Shown here in pieces: positions 27,742 through 36,990 of a stretch of 64,000 bases of DNA. Position 1 is the stretch's first letter, and every line of letters begins with the position of its first letter. Source of the stretch: Candidatus Eisenbergiella pullistercoris. Lineage in GTDB: Bacteria > Bacillota > Clostridia > Lachnospirales > Lachnospiraceae. The notes under the pieces were generated by a model. That model was not told the DNA's origin. It worked only from the letters and a program-made list of their open reading frames with translations, and made no database searches. The DNA is taken from assembly GCA_019115665.1 (NCBI GenBank), contig DXDD01000156.1, forward strand, positions 10,877 to 74,876, read 5' to 3'. Position numbers and translations under genes: made by a program.

Positions 27742-28404
27742 ATGGAAAACACTCCTCTTACCTCCCGTGAGCTTCTTCAGCTGAGGCAGAAGAGACGGCG
27801 CAGAAAAAGGCTCCTGATCCTTCTTGCCGTTCTGCTCCTTTGTCTGGCAGCAGGCGGAGGAGGCTTTTTCCTCTGGATGCGTTCCCGCAGGGCCGTACAG
27901 GAAACGGTTCAGATCACAGCAGGAGAACAGGAAGAGATCACCTATGCCCGGATCGATACGATCGTGGGAAATGAAATGGAGACCACTCTTCTGGACGCCT
28001 CCGCCGCAGAGCAGATGGAGGCGGGCGCGGCAGAGATGGCAGCCGGAGGAGAAGCGGAAGGAATGGCGGCCGGAGGCGGAATGCCGGAGGGAATGGAGAT
28101 GCCGGAAGGCGGAATGCCGGAGGGAATGGAGATGCCCGGAGGCGGAATGCCGGAAGGGATGGAGATGCCCGGAGGCGGGATGCCGGAAGGAATGGAGATG
28201 CCGGACGCGGCGGAAGAGCCCGGAGACGGCCGGACGGCAGAGGCGGGCGGAGAAACGAAAACCTGGCAGATCCCGGTCGGAACGGACGTGATCACCACGC
28301 TCGGCGTTTCCACCACCTTTTCCCGGCTTTCGGCAGGCGACGTGATCGCCGTCCTGACCGAATCGGGAACGGACAACATCCTGAAGATCTGGATCGTACA
28401 GTAA
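27742..28404 (+). CDS. Single-pass membrane protein with GGMPEGMEMP repeats
   Basis: ATG 27742 after AAGGA; poly-Arg plus TM; lies between permease and ATPase. Confidence 0.75.
   Translation: MENTPLTSRELLQLRQKRRRRKRLLILLAVLLLCLAAGGGGFFLWMRSRRAVQETVQITAGEQEEITYARIDTIVGNEMETTLLDASAAEQMEAGAAEMAAGGEAEGMAAGGGMPEGMEMPEGGMPEGMEMPGGGMPEGMEMPGGGMPEGMEMPDAAEEPGDGRTAEAGGETKTWQIPVGTDVITTLGVSTTFSRLSAGDVIAVLTESGTDNILKIWIVQ
28072..28203 (+). repeat. Coding tandem repeat, 33-bp period x4 (GGMPEGMEMPG/E)
   Basis: ATGCCGGA(G/A)GG(A/G)ATGGAGATGCC recurs at 28081, 28114, 28147, 28180. Confidence 0.88.
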
Positions 28405-28483
28405 AGGGGCGGACGCCCGGCCGTGCCCGGCGGCCCTGCCGCAGGCGCGGCCGGACAGAGGGCGCATCCGCATGGAGGGAAAC

Positions 28484-29170
28484 ATGGAAATCAACCGGGA
28501 ACTGATCATAGACATGAACCACATCAATAAAGGCTATATGCTCGGAGAAGAGAAGGTACCTGTTCTGAAGGACGTCTGCTTCCAGGTGCGCAAAGGAGAA
28601 TTTGTCGCCATCCTCGGGCCTTCCGGATCCGGAAAAACCACGCTCATGAATATCATCGGCTGCATGGATCTGGCCGACGACGGGGAGTATTATCTGGACG
28701 GCAATCCCATCCATGAAATGGAAGAGAAGGAGCTGAACGATGTCCGGAACCGGGAGATCGGCTTTATTTTTCAGAACTATCAGCTCATCCCCACCTACGA
28801 TATCCTGCAGAATATCATCATGCCGCTGGTGGTGCGCGGCATGAGCTCCCAGGAAGCGCGGGAACGGTGCATGGACACCATAAGGCTTCTTGGAATCGAC
28901 CACAGACTTGCCCATAAGCCGGCGGAGCTGTCCGGAGGACAGAAGCAGAGAGCCTCCATCGCCCGGGCGCTGGTGGGAAATCCGGCTCTTTTGCTTGCCG
29001 ACGAGCCGACAGGGGCGCTGGACAGCAGCAGCGGAAAGGAGGTTCTGAAGCTGTTTGAAAAGCTGAACGACATGGGAAATACCATCGTGATGATCACCCA
29101 CGACCTGAACGTGGCGAAGGCGGCGGGAAGGATCGTGCACATCATCGACGGACAGCTGAGCGAAGACTGA
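28484..29170 (+). CDS. MacB/LolD-type ABC transporter ATP-binding protein
   Basis: GPSGSGKT, LSGGQKQR, LLADEPTGALD, ITHD. Confidence 0.95.
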   Translation: MEINRELIIDMNHINKGYMLGEEKVPVLKDVCFQVRKGEFVAILGPSGSGKTTLMNIIGCMDLADDGEYYLDGNPIHEMEEKELNDVRNREIGFIFQNYQLIPTYDILQNIIMPLVVRGMSSQEARERCMDTIRLLGIDHRLAHKPAELSGGQKQRASIARALVGNPALLLADEPTGALDSSSGKEVLKLFEKLNDMGNTIVMITHDLNVAKAAGRIVHIIDGQLSED

Positions 29171-29315
29171 AAAATTTACGATAAGTTTTACGGGGAAATA
29201 GATTAACAAAATCCTCCTTCTATGGTAAGATAAAAAAGAGTATGAAAAAACGGCTGTAGTCAGCAGGCGGAAACAGGGGCGGAGAGCGCACGGACGCTCC
29301 GGAATGGAGGAAAAA

Positions 29316-30377
29316 ATGGGACAGGATAAGTATGTTGCCTACGTTTCAACCTACACGATAGGGGATCAGAGAGAATACGGCATTACGGTATTCGACGTGG
29401 ACATGGAAAAGGGGAGATTCACGGAAAAGGAGAAGGTGAAGATCACCAATTCCTCCTATGTGACGATCTCCCATAACCGGAAATATCTGTATTCCATTAC
29501 GGACTTCGGAGTGGAGGCTTTTGCCATCGGGGAGGACGGCAGCCTGACCTCCATCAATCTGGGCTCCATCAACGGCATGCGCGGCTGCTATGTTTCCACG
29601 GACTATGAAGATAAGTATCTGTTCGTGGCGGGCTATCATGACGGAAAGCTGACGGTCCTGCGCGTCAGAGAGGACGGAGGCGTGGGAGAGATCACGGACG
29701 AGATCTATTTCAAGGGCCTTGGCATTGTGGCGGAACGGAATTTCCGTCCCCATATCAGCTGCGCGAGGATGACGAGAGACAACCACTATCTGTGCGTGGC
29801 GGATCTGGGAATGGATCATACCAATGTGTACCGGCTGGACCACGCGACGGGAAAGTTGAGCCTGGTGGACGTGATCCGAAGCGATATGGAGAGCGCGCCC
29901 AGACATCTGAAATTCAGCAAGAACGGAAAGTACCTCTATATCGTTCATGAACTGAAGAACAGCATCGACGTTTATTCCTACAGAGAAGAAAGGAACAATC
30001 CCTTCTTTGAAAAGATTCAGACCATCGGAACCCTGAACAATTATCATGCGGGAGGCTCCACGGCAAGCGCGCTGAGCATGTCTGACGACTACAATTATCT
30101 CTGCAGCTCCAACGCGGGCGACAACAGTGCGACGATCTACCGGATCGATCAGGAGAGCGGGATCCTGACCAAGCTCCTGTGTCTGCCTGTGAGCGGGGAA
30201 TATCCCAAGGATGTGGCGCTGTTCCCGGACAACCGGCATCTGGTATCCCTGAATCAGGATTCCGGAACCCTTACCTTCTTCACGGCGGATCTGGAGAAGG
30301 GGCTGCTGGTCATGAACGGACGGGAGATCCCGGTGCCCCAGCCCAACTGCGTGATCTTCCATAAGATCAAAGGGTAG
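29316..30377 (+). CDS. Lactonase family beta-propeller (6-phosphogluconolactonase-like)
   Basis: AGYHDG, PHISCA, VADLGMD, APRHLKF, YPKDVAL repeats. Confidence 0.85.
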   Translation: MGQDKYVAYVSTYTIGDQREYGITVFDVDMEKGRFTEKEKVKITNSSYVTISHNRKYLYSITDFGVEAFAIGEDGSLTSINLGSINGMRGCYVSTDYEDKYLFVAGYHDGKLTVLRVREDGGVGEITDEIYFKGLGIVAERNFRPHISCARMTRDNHYLCVADLGMDHTNVYRLDHATGKLSLVDVIRSDMESAPRHLKFSKNGKYLYIVHELKNSIDVYSYREERNNPFFEKIQTIGTLNNYHAGGSTASALSMSDDYNYLCSSNAGDNSATIYRIDQESGILTKLLCLPVSGEYPKDVALFPDNRHLVSLNQDSGTLTFFTADLEKGLLVMNGREIPVPQPNCVIFHKIKG

Positions 30378-30457
30378 TGATTTAGGATCGGGGGGGGAAT
30401 CCTTTTTACAGATAAAAAAGAAGGAGGAATGCCGTCGGAGGCGGCAGAAAAACAGAC

Positions 30458-32800
30458 ATGGAAAAATGGAACAGGATCGCACATCAGCCGTGTATCCCTC
30501 TGGGGAAGGACGGAAGGCGGATCACGGCATGCCCGGAGCATATCGCTCTTTCCCTGGAAGCGGCGGAGGAAGGCATGGTGCTTCTGAAAAATGAAGAGGG
30601 CGTGCTTCCCTTCCCGGCCGGAACAAGAACGGCCATCTTCGGAAAGGGACAGATCGATTATGTGCGGGGAGGCGGCGGAAGCGGGGATGTGACCACCTCC
30701 TACACCCGCAGCATTTACGAGGGAATGAAGCAGAAGGAGGAAGAGGGAAGGATACAGATCTTCGACCCGCTTTCCGCCTTTTATGAGGAAGAGGTGAGAC
30801 GGCAGTATGCCGCGGGCGCCGAGGTCGGAAAGACCGTGGAGCCTGCCGTTCCGGAAAAGCTTCTTGAGGCGGCCCGCAGGTTCGCGGATACGGCGGTGAT
30901 CGTGATCAGCCGCTATTCGAGCGAGGGCTGGGACCGGAAGGGAATCCCCGGGGACGGAGATTTCTATCTTTCCGCGCAGGAGCAGGCCATGGTGGAAGCG
31001 GTTAAATCGGCTTTTCCCAGGGTGGCTGCGGTGCTTGATGTGGGAGGCATGGTGGATTCCTCCTGGTTTAAGGATGAGCCGGCCATCCAGTCGGTGCTTC
31101 TGGCCTGGCAGGCCGGGATCGAAGGCGGACTCGCCGTGGCGGACATCCTCTGCGGCGCGGCCAATCCCTCCGGCAAGCTGACGGATACCTTTGCAGGCTC
31201 CTTTGACGATTATCCTTCCTCGGCCGGCTTCCATGAATCCGAGGAATATGTGGACTATACGGAAGATATCTATGTGGGCTACCGCTATTTTGAGACGATC
31301 CCCGGGGCGGCGCAGAAAGTGAACTATCCCTTCGGCTTCGGACTGTCCTATACGCAGTTTGAGATCACGCCGGACAGAGCGGAGGAAAAGGACGGCGCCG
31401 TCCGTATTTCCGCCTGTGTGACCAATGTGGGAGACCGGGCCGGAAAGGAGGTCGTTCAGGCCTATGCGCAGGCTCCTCAGGGAAAGCTTGGAAAGCCGGA
31501 AAGAGCGCTTGTTTCCTTTATAAAGACCCGCCTGCTGCAGCCGGGAGAGACGCAGAGAGTTTTCCTGAGCTTTGCCGTGGATGATCTCGCAAGCTACGAT
31601 GATCTGGGAAAGGTCGCCAGGTCCGCTTACGTTCTTGAGGCGGGAGAGTACCATTTTTATGTGGGAAATTCCGTGAGAGACACGATTCCCCTTTCTCTGG
31701 TTCACAGAGAGGAAAAGGACCGCGTCACTCTGCAGCTTACGGAGAGAGCCGCGCCCAGGGCGCTTCCGAAAAGAATGCTGTCGGACGGAAGCTTTGAAGA
31801 GCTTCCCGTGACCGATACGGGCAAGAGCCCCATGAATGAGAACTATACGGATTTCCTGAAGCCCTGGAAGGGAGACTGGCGGGATGAGCTGTCTCTTTTC
31901 AGAGAAACGGAAGAAAAGCATCTGCTGATCGATGTGGCGGAAGGAAAATGCACCATGGAGGAGTTCCTTGCCCAGCTGACCAACGGCCAGCTCATCGATC
32001 TGCTCTGCGGCCAGCCGAATACCGGCGTCGCGAATACCTTCGGCATGGGGAACCTTCCGGAATACGGCGTGCCCAACGTGATGACGGCGGACGGGCCGGC
32101 CGGCGTGCGGATCCAGCCGGAGATGGGCGTATGCACCACCGCCTGGCCCTGCGCCACCCTGCTCGCCTGCACCTGGAATCCGCAGCTGGTAGAGCGCGTG
32201 GGCGCGGCCGGCGCGATGGAAATGAAGGAAAATAATCTGGGCGTATGGCTGACTCCGGCCATGAACATTCACAGAAGCCCCCTGTGCGGCCGGAATTTTG
32301 AATATTATTCCGAGGATCCGCTGATCGCGGGAAAGATGGCGGCAGCCATGGTGCGCGGCATCCAGTCCTGCCGGATCGGCGCCAGCGTGAAGCATTTCTG
32401 CTGCAACAACAAGGAGACGAACCGCAAGGCCAGCGATTCCCGCGTCTCCGAGCGCGCCCTGCGCGAGATCTATCTGAAGGGCTTTGAGATCGCGGTGAAG
32501 GAGGCGCAGCCCTGGACGCTGATGACCAGCTACAATCTGCTGAACGGCAGATACACCTCCGAAAGAGAGGATCTGCTGGAAGGGATCCTCCGGGAAGAGT
32601 GGGGGTATCAGGGTATGGTCACCACCGACTGGTGGAACGGCGCGTACCAGTATCTGGAGATCCGGGCCGGAAACGACCTGAAAATGGGAGCCGGAGAACC
32701 GGACCGCGCGATGGAAGCCCTCCGGGAAGGAAAGATCACGAGAGAAGAGATCAAAGCCTGCGCAAAGCGGGTGCTGGAAACCATTATGAAGTTTGACTGA
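30458..32800 (+). CDS. GH3 beta-glucosidase-like enzyme with inverted domain order
   Basis: GMVLLKNE and YVGYRYF near the N-terminus; ADGPAG, RSPLCGRNFEYYSEDP, KHF, VTTDW near the C-terminus. Confidence 0.92.
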   Translation: MEKWNRIAHQPCIPLGKDGRRITACPEHIALSLEAAEEGMVLLKNEEGVLPFPAGTRTAIFGKGQIDYVRGGGGSGDVTTSYTRSIYEGMKQKEEEGRIQIFDPLSAFYEEEVRRQYAAGAEVGKTVEPAVPEKLLEAARRFADTAVIVISRYSSEGWDRKGIPGDGDFYLSAQEQAMVEAVKSAFPRVAAVLDVGGMVDSSWFKDEPAIQSVLLAWQAGIEGGLAVADILCGAANPSGKLTDTFAGSFDDYPSSAGFHESEEYVDYTEDIYVGYRYFETIPGAAQKVNYPFGFGLSYTQFEITPDRAEEKDGAVRISACVTNVGDRAGKEVVQAYAQAPQGKLGKPERALVSFIKTRLLQPGETQRVFLSFAVDDLASYDDLGKVARSAYVLEAGEYHFYVGNSVRDTIPLSLVHREEKDRVTLQLTERAAPRALPKRMLSDGSFEELPVTDTGKSPMNENYTDFLKPWKGDWRDELSLFRETEEKHLLIDVAEGKCTMEEFLAQLTNGQLIDLLCGQPNTGVANTFGMGNLPEYGVPNVMTADGPAGVRIQPEMGVCTTAWPCATLLACTWNPQLVERVGAAGAMEMKENNLGVWLTPAMNIHRSPLCGRNFEYYSEDPLIAGKMAAAMVRGIQSCRIGASVKHFCCNNKETNRKASDSRVSERALREIYLKGFEIAVKEAQPWTLMTSYNLLNGRYTSEREDLLEGILREEWGYQGMVTTDWWNGAYQYLEIRAGNDLKMGAGEPDRAMEALREGKITREEIKACAKRVLETIMKFD

Positions 32801-32974
32801 CGGCCTTTCGGATGCCCGGCGCGGGAAGCTTTTTGATTCCCGGCGCCGGGCGTTTCTTCTGCAGACGGCGGATTTTTGTCCCTTTTTGTCTTCGGGAGAG
32901 AGATACGCAGGCATTTAAAAATCTGTTCCTGCAACATACGATAACAAAATTTGACGTAAGAATAGGAGAAAAAA

Positions 32975-33823
32975 ATGGAAAGATTCAGGTTTGGACTATC
33001 CTCCATGGGAATTCAGGATTTGACGGAAAAGGATTTTCGGGATTTTGCAGAGTGCGGCTTAAAGGAGCTGGAGCTGTCTTTTTCGGAGGACCGTTATGAT
33101 ACGCTGGACTGGGAGGGGATCAGACGGCGCGCTTCGGCGTATGGAATTCATCTCTGGTCGTTTCATCTGCCTTTTTCCCCGTTTTCCAGGATCAATCCTG
33201 CAAGCCCTGATCCGCAGGTCAGAAGGAATACCGTCTCATATTTTGAGAGCCTCATGCAGCGGGCGGCGGATATCGGTATCGGGATCATGGTCGTACATCC
33301 GAGCGCGGAACCAAACAGAGAGGAGGAACGGGAAGAACGGATGAAGCTGGCTCAGGAGTCGCTTTCCATACTCTGCGGGGCCGCCCGGAAAATGGGAGTT
33401 ACTCTTGCGGCAGAGAATCTGCCGCGTACATGCCTTGGCAGAAATTCGCAGGAAATCAGACAGCTGCTAGCGTCAGACGATCAGCTGAGAGTATGCTTTG
33501 ATACGAATCATCTGCTCCTTCAGTCGGAAAAGGAGTTTATCATGGATATCGGCGGGAGGATCGTCACGACCCATGTTTCTGATTTTGATTTTCGGGATGA
33601 ACGTCACTGGCTGCCGGGAGAAGGAAAGATCAACTGGGCGGAATGGGTGGAAACCATGGATCAGATCGGTTATGAGGGACCGCTTTTGTACGAGGTCGCC
33701 TTTGACGCGCCGCCTTCCATTCAGAGGCGCAGACTGACGGTGAAGGATTTCAGGGAAAATCACGACCGCCTTGTGAACAGACTTCCTCTTCATGCGATCG
33801 GGACGCCGGCTTTGGAAAACTGA
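32975..33823 (+). CDS. Sugar phosphate isomerase/epimerase (AP-endonuclease-2 TIM barrel)
   Basis: SFHLPF, VVHPS, AENL, CFDTNH, THVSD, HWLPGEGKINW, LYE metal-binding motifs. Confidence 0.85.
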   Translation: MERFRFGLSSMGIQDLTEKDFRDFAECGLKELELSFSEDRYDTLDWEGIRRRASAYGIHLWSFHLPFSPFSRINPASPDPQVRRNTVSYFESLMQRAADIGIGIMVVHPSAEPNREEEREERMKLAQESLSILCGAARKMGVTLAAENLPRTCLGRNSQEIRQLLASDDQLRVCFDTNHLLLQSEKEFIMDIGGRIVTTHVSDFDFRDERHWLPGEGKINWAEWVETMDQIGYEGPLLYEVAFDAPPSIQRRRLTVKDFRENHDRLVNRLPLHAIGTPALEN

Positions 33824-33825
33824 CG

Positions 33826-33860
33826 GGGCAGGCAGGCCTGTCCGGCCCTGCCTGCCCTCA
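33826..33860. terminator. Hairpin between convergent genes
   Basis: GGGCAGGCAGG...CCTGCCTGCCC. Confidence 0.6.
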
Positions 33861-33865
33861 AACCC

Positions 33866-34960
33866 CTATCTCCGGTAAAACTCCCGGATCCTGTCCAGCC
33901 TTGCGCCCATGTTGGAAAGCAGGGCGTCAGCCAGAACCAGGGCGGTCATGGCTTCCACCACAACCACGGCGCGGGGAACGATGACGGGGTCGTGGCGGCC
34001 CTTAATGCGGATGGTGATATCCTCTCCGTCTCGATTTACCGTCTGCTGCTCCGAGAAGATGGAGGGAGTGGGCTTGATGTGGGCGCGAAGCAGGATGCGG
34101 CTCCCGTCGCTGATGCCGCCGAGGATTCCGCCCGCATGGTTGGTTTCCTTTTCCACATGACCGTTACGCATGCGGAAGGGATCGTTGTTTTCAGAGCCGC
34201 GCGCCCGGGAAACGGAGGTCCCGTCGCCGATCTCCACCGCCTTTACGGCGCCGATGGACATGACGGCCCCTGCGAGAGCGGCGTCCAGCTTGTCAAATAC
34301 GGGATCTCCGAGGCCGGCGGGGACGCCGTCCGCAAAGCATTCCACCACGCCGCCGGAGGAATCCTGCCGCTCCATGCACTCCTCCAGATATGCCTCTGCC
34401 CGGCAGGCTGCCTGCGCGTCCGGCATGCAGAGCGGATTATTGCGGATCTCTTCTTCGCAGAAGCGCTCGCAGAAGACGGGCCCGATGCTTTTCGTATAGG
34501 CGCAGACCCGGATGCCGAGCCGGTCTAAAAACAGGGACGCGACGGCCCCGGCCGCGACCCTTCCGGCGGTCTCCCGGCCGGAAGAGCGTCCGCCGCCCCG
34601 GTAATCCCGGAAGCCATATTTCTGGTCAAAGGTGTAATCGGCATGGCCCGGTCTGTAATAGGAAGCGATCTCACTGTAATCGGCGGAGCGCTGGGAGGTG
34701 TTGGGAATGAGAAGGCTGATGGGCGTTCCCGTGGTCTTTCCTTCAAACACGCCGGAAAGGATCTGAACCGCGTCCGCTTCCTTTCTTGGCGTGGAGAAGC
34801 GGCTTGCTCCCGGCTTCCTGCGGTCCAGAAAGGCCTGAATATCCGCTTCGCTTACGGGAAGCCCTGCGGGAACGCCGTCCACGACGACGCCCAGCGCCTT
34901 TCCATGGGATTCTCCCCATGTGGTGATCCTGAAGATTTTTCCAAATGTATTTCCGGCCAT
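33866..34960 (-). CDS. aroC: Chorismate synthase
   Basis: TWGESHG, RPGHADYT, GGGRSSGRET, GGILGGISDG, GRHDP; ATG 34960 after GAGGT. Confidence 0.97.
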   Translation of the reverse strand: MAGNTFGKIFRITTWGESHGKALGVVVDGVPAGLPVSEADIQAFLDRRKPGASRFSTPRKEADAVQILSGVFEGKTTGTPISLLIPNTSQRSADYSEIASYYRPGHADYTFDQKYGFRDYRGGGRSSGRETAGRVAAGAVASLFLDRLGIRVCAYTKSIGPVFCERFCEEEIRNNPLCMPDAQAACRAEAYLEECMERQDSSGGVVECFADGVPAGLGDPVFDKLDAALAGAVMSIGAVKAVEIGDGTSVSRARGSENNDPFRMRNGHVEKETNHAGGILGGISDGSRILLRAHIKPTPSIFSEQQTVNRDGEDITIRIKGRHDPVIVPRAVVVVEAMTALVLADALLSNMGARLDRIREFYRR

Positions 34961-34997
34961 CTTTTTTACCTCGCGTTTTCCTTTGGTGTTTCTGTTT

Positions 34998-35057
34998 ATT
35001 ATATCCCGGATGGAAGGGCCGGACAAGCTTGAATGAAACGGAAAGATGTGGTATGAT
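34998..35057. promoter_or_regulatory. Back-to-back sigma-A promoters for aroC (-) and tgt (+)
   Basis: Minus strand TTGTCC-17-TATAAT (35026-34998); plus strand TTGAAT-17-TATGAT (35029-35057) with extended TG. Confidence 0.6.
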
Positions 35058-35149
35058 ATTCATTCAGTCCGGTTCAGGGCCGGAAGAGAACTGAGAGTGA
35101 TGAATGGAAACGGCATCCGGGCGATTTCGGAAAGGGGAACATACAGAAC

Positions 35150-36286
35150 ATGTACCGTCTGATCAGACAGGAAGGAAGAGCGAAAAGGGGAGAACTGACA
35201 ACCGTGCACGGTACGATACAGACTCCCGTTTTCATGAACGTGGGAACCGTGGCGGCGATCAAGGGCGCCGTGTCCACGGAGGATCTGGAGCAGATCAAAA
35301 CGCAGGTGGAGCTGTCGAACACCTATCATCTGCACGTGCGTCCGGGAGACGAGGTGATTAAAAAGCTTGGCGGCCTGCACCGGTTTATGTCCTGGGACCG
35401 GCCCATCCTTACGGATTCCGGCGGATTTCAGGTGTTTTCCCTGGCGACGCTGAGAAAGATCAAAGAGGAGGGCGTGTATTTTCATTCCCATGTGGATGGA
35501 AGGAAGATCTTCATGGGGCCGGAGGAAAGCATGCGCATCCAGTCCAATCTGGCGTCCACCATCGCCATGGCCTTCGACGAATGCGCCCCGGCCAAAGCGG
35601 AGCGGGAGTATGTGGAAGCTTCCGTGGCAAGGACCACCCGCTGGCTTGCCAGATGCAGGGAGGAAATGAAGCGTCTGAACGGCCTGGAGGATACCATCAA
35701 TAAGCACCAGCTTCTGTTCGGCATCAACCAGGGGGCGGTCTATACGGACATCCGGATCGAGCACGCGAAGCGGATTGCGGAAATGGAGCTGGACGGCTAT
35801 GCCATCGGCGGACTTGCGGTGGGCGAGAGCCATGAGGAGATGTATCACGTGCTGGACGAAACCGTGCCGTACCTGCCCGCGGACAAACCCACCTACCTGA
35901 TGGGGGTGGGGACGCCGGCCAATATCCTGGAGGGCGTGGAGAGGGGCGTGGATTTCTTCGACTGCGTTTACCCTACGAGAAACGGGCGTCACGGCCATCT
36001 GTATACGAATTACGGAAAGATCAATCTTTTCAACGCGAAGTACGAGCTGGATATGCGGCCCATTGAGGAGGGCTGCGGCTGTCCCGTCTGCCGCCGGTAC
36101 TCCAGGGCCTACATCCGCCATCTTCTGAAGGCGAAGGAAATGCTCGGCATGCGTCTGTGCGTGCTCCATAACCTCTGGTTCTACAATACCATGATGGAGG
36201 AGATCCGGGACGCGCTGGACGAGGGGCGCTTTGCGGCCTATAAAAAAGAAAAGCTTGCCCGGATGGCTGCCCGACAGCCGGATTAG
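35150..36286 (+). CDS. tgt: Queuine tRNA-ribosyltransferase
   Basis: TPVFMNVGT, LTDSGGFQVFSL, GGLAVGE, YLMGVG, FDCVYPTRNGRHG, CGCPVC. Confidence 0.97.
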   Translation: MYRLIRQEGRAKRGELTTVHGTIQTPVFMNVGTVAAIKGAVSTEDLEQIKTQVELSNTYHLHVRPGDEVIKKLGGLHRFMSWDRPILTDSGGFQVFSLATLRKIKEEGVYFHSHVDGRKIFMGPEESMRIQSNLASTIAMAFDECAPAKAEREYVEASVARTTRWLARCREEMKRLNGLEDTINKHQLLFGINQGAVYTDIRIEHAKRIAEMELDGYAIGGLAVGESHEEMYHVLDETVPYLPADKPTYLMGVGTPANILEGVERGVDFFDCVYPTRNGRHGHLYTNYGKINLFNAKYELDMRPIEEGCGCPVCRRYSRAYIRHLLKAKEMLGMRLCVLHNLWFYNTMMEEIRDALDEGRFAAYKKEKLARMAARQPD

Positions 36287-36374
36287 GGCTTGCATGATCG
36301 GCATTTTTTGTGTATGATTGTAGAGATATTGAATTTATGCCGCGCGGGCGGCGGTTTAGGAGGATTGGAAAAAA

Positions 36375-36695
36375 ATGGGAATTTTGGCGACTCAGACAAC
36401 AGCGGCTGCAGGCACGGGCGGAATGATCGGCATGATCCTGGTCTATGTGGTGATCTTCGGTGCGTTCTTTTATTTTGTGATGTATCGTCCGCAGAAGAAG
36501 GAGCAGAAGAAGATGAACGCCATGCTGTCTTCCCTGGAGATCGGGGACAGCGTTCTGACCAACAGCGGATTTTACGGCGTGATCATCGATATCACGGATG
36601 ACACGGTCATTGTGGAATTCGGCAACAACAAGAACTGCCGGATCCCCATGCAGAAGGCGGCGATCGCTCAGGTGGAAAAGCCGGACGGGGAATAA
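36375..36695 (+). CDS. yajC: Preprotein translocase subunit YajC
   Basis: TM plus RPQKKEQK, LEIGDSVLTNSGFYG; follows tgt; own TTGCAT-17-TATGAT promoter at 36290-36318. Confidence 0.93.
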   Translation: MGILATQTTAAAGTGGMIGMILVYVVIFGAFFYFVMYRPQKKEQKKMNAMLSSLEIGDSVLTNSGFYGVIIDITDDTVIVEFGNNKNCRIPMQKAAIAQVEKPDGE

Positions 36696-36754
36696 AGAGG
36701 ACAGAGCTATTCGCTGCGGATATAGCAGAGACGGAATTTATTACTGCAAGTTAT

Positions 36755-36790
36755 TTCAGCCATATCGAACGGATATGGCTGATTTTGTTT
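36755..36790 (+). terminator. Terminator after yajC
   Basis: TCAGCCATATC-GAACG-GATATGGCTGA followed by TTTTGTTTT. Confidence 0.75.
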
Positions 36791-36990
36791 TCTCCGGGTC
36801 TTTTTTGTTGAAATTCAATATTCAATAGGCTATGATAGAAGGGATAATCGGAAGAATCATCCCTGTCTGCCGGCTGGCCGGCGGGCGGAGACGGAAAAAC
36901 TTCCGAAAAAGAATGAGAAGCGCGGGCGCGGCGTATGATGGAAAGACAGAAACCGGGACAGTCCGGAGGCGCTTCGGAACGGAGGAAACG

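Noticed and set aside
36810-36990. T-box or leader-peptide attenuator upstream of leuB
   Set aside because: No T-box GGTGG-ACC motif, no Leu/Ile/Val-rich leader and no terminator before the start codon
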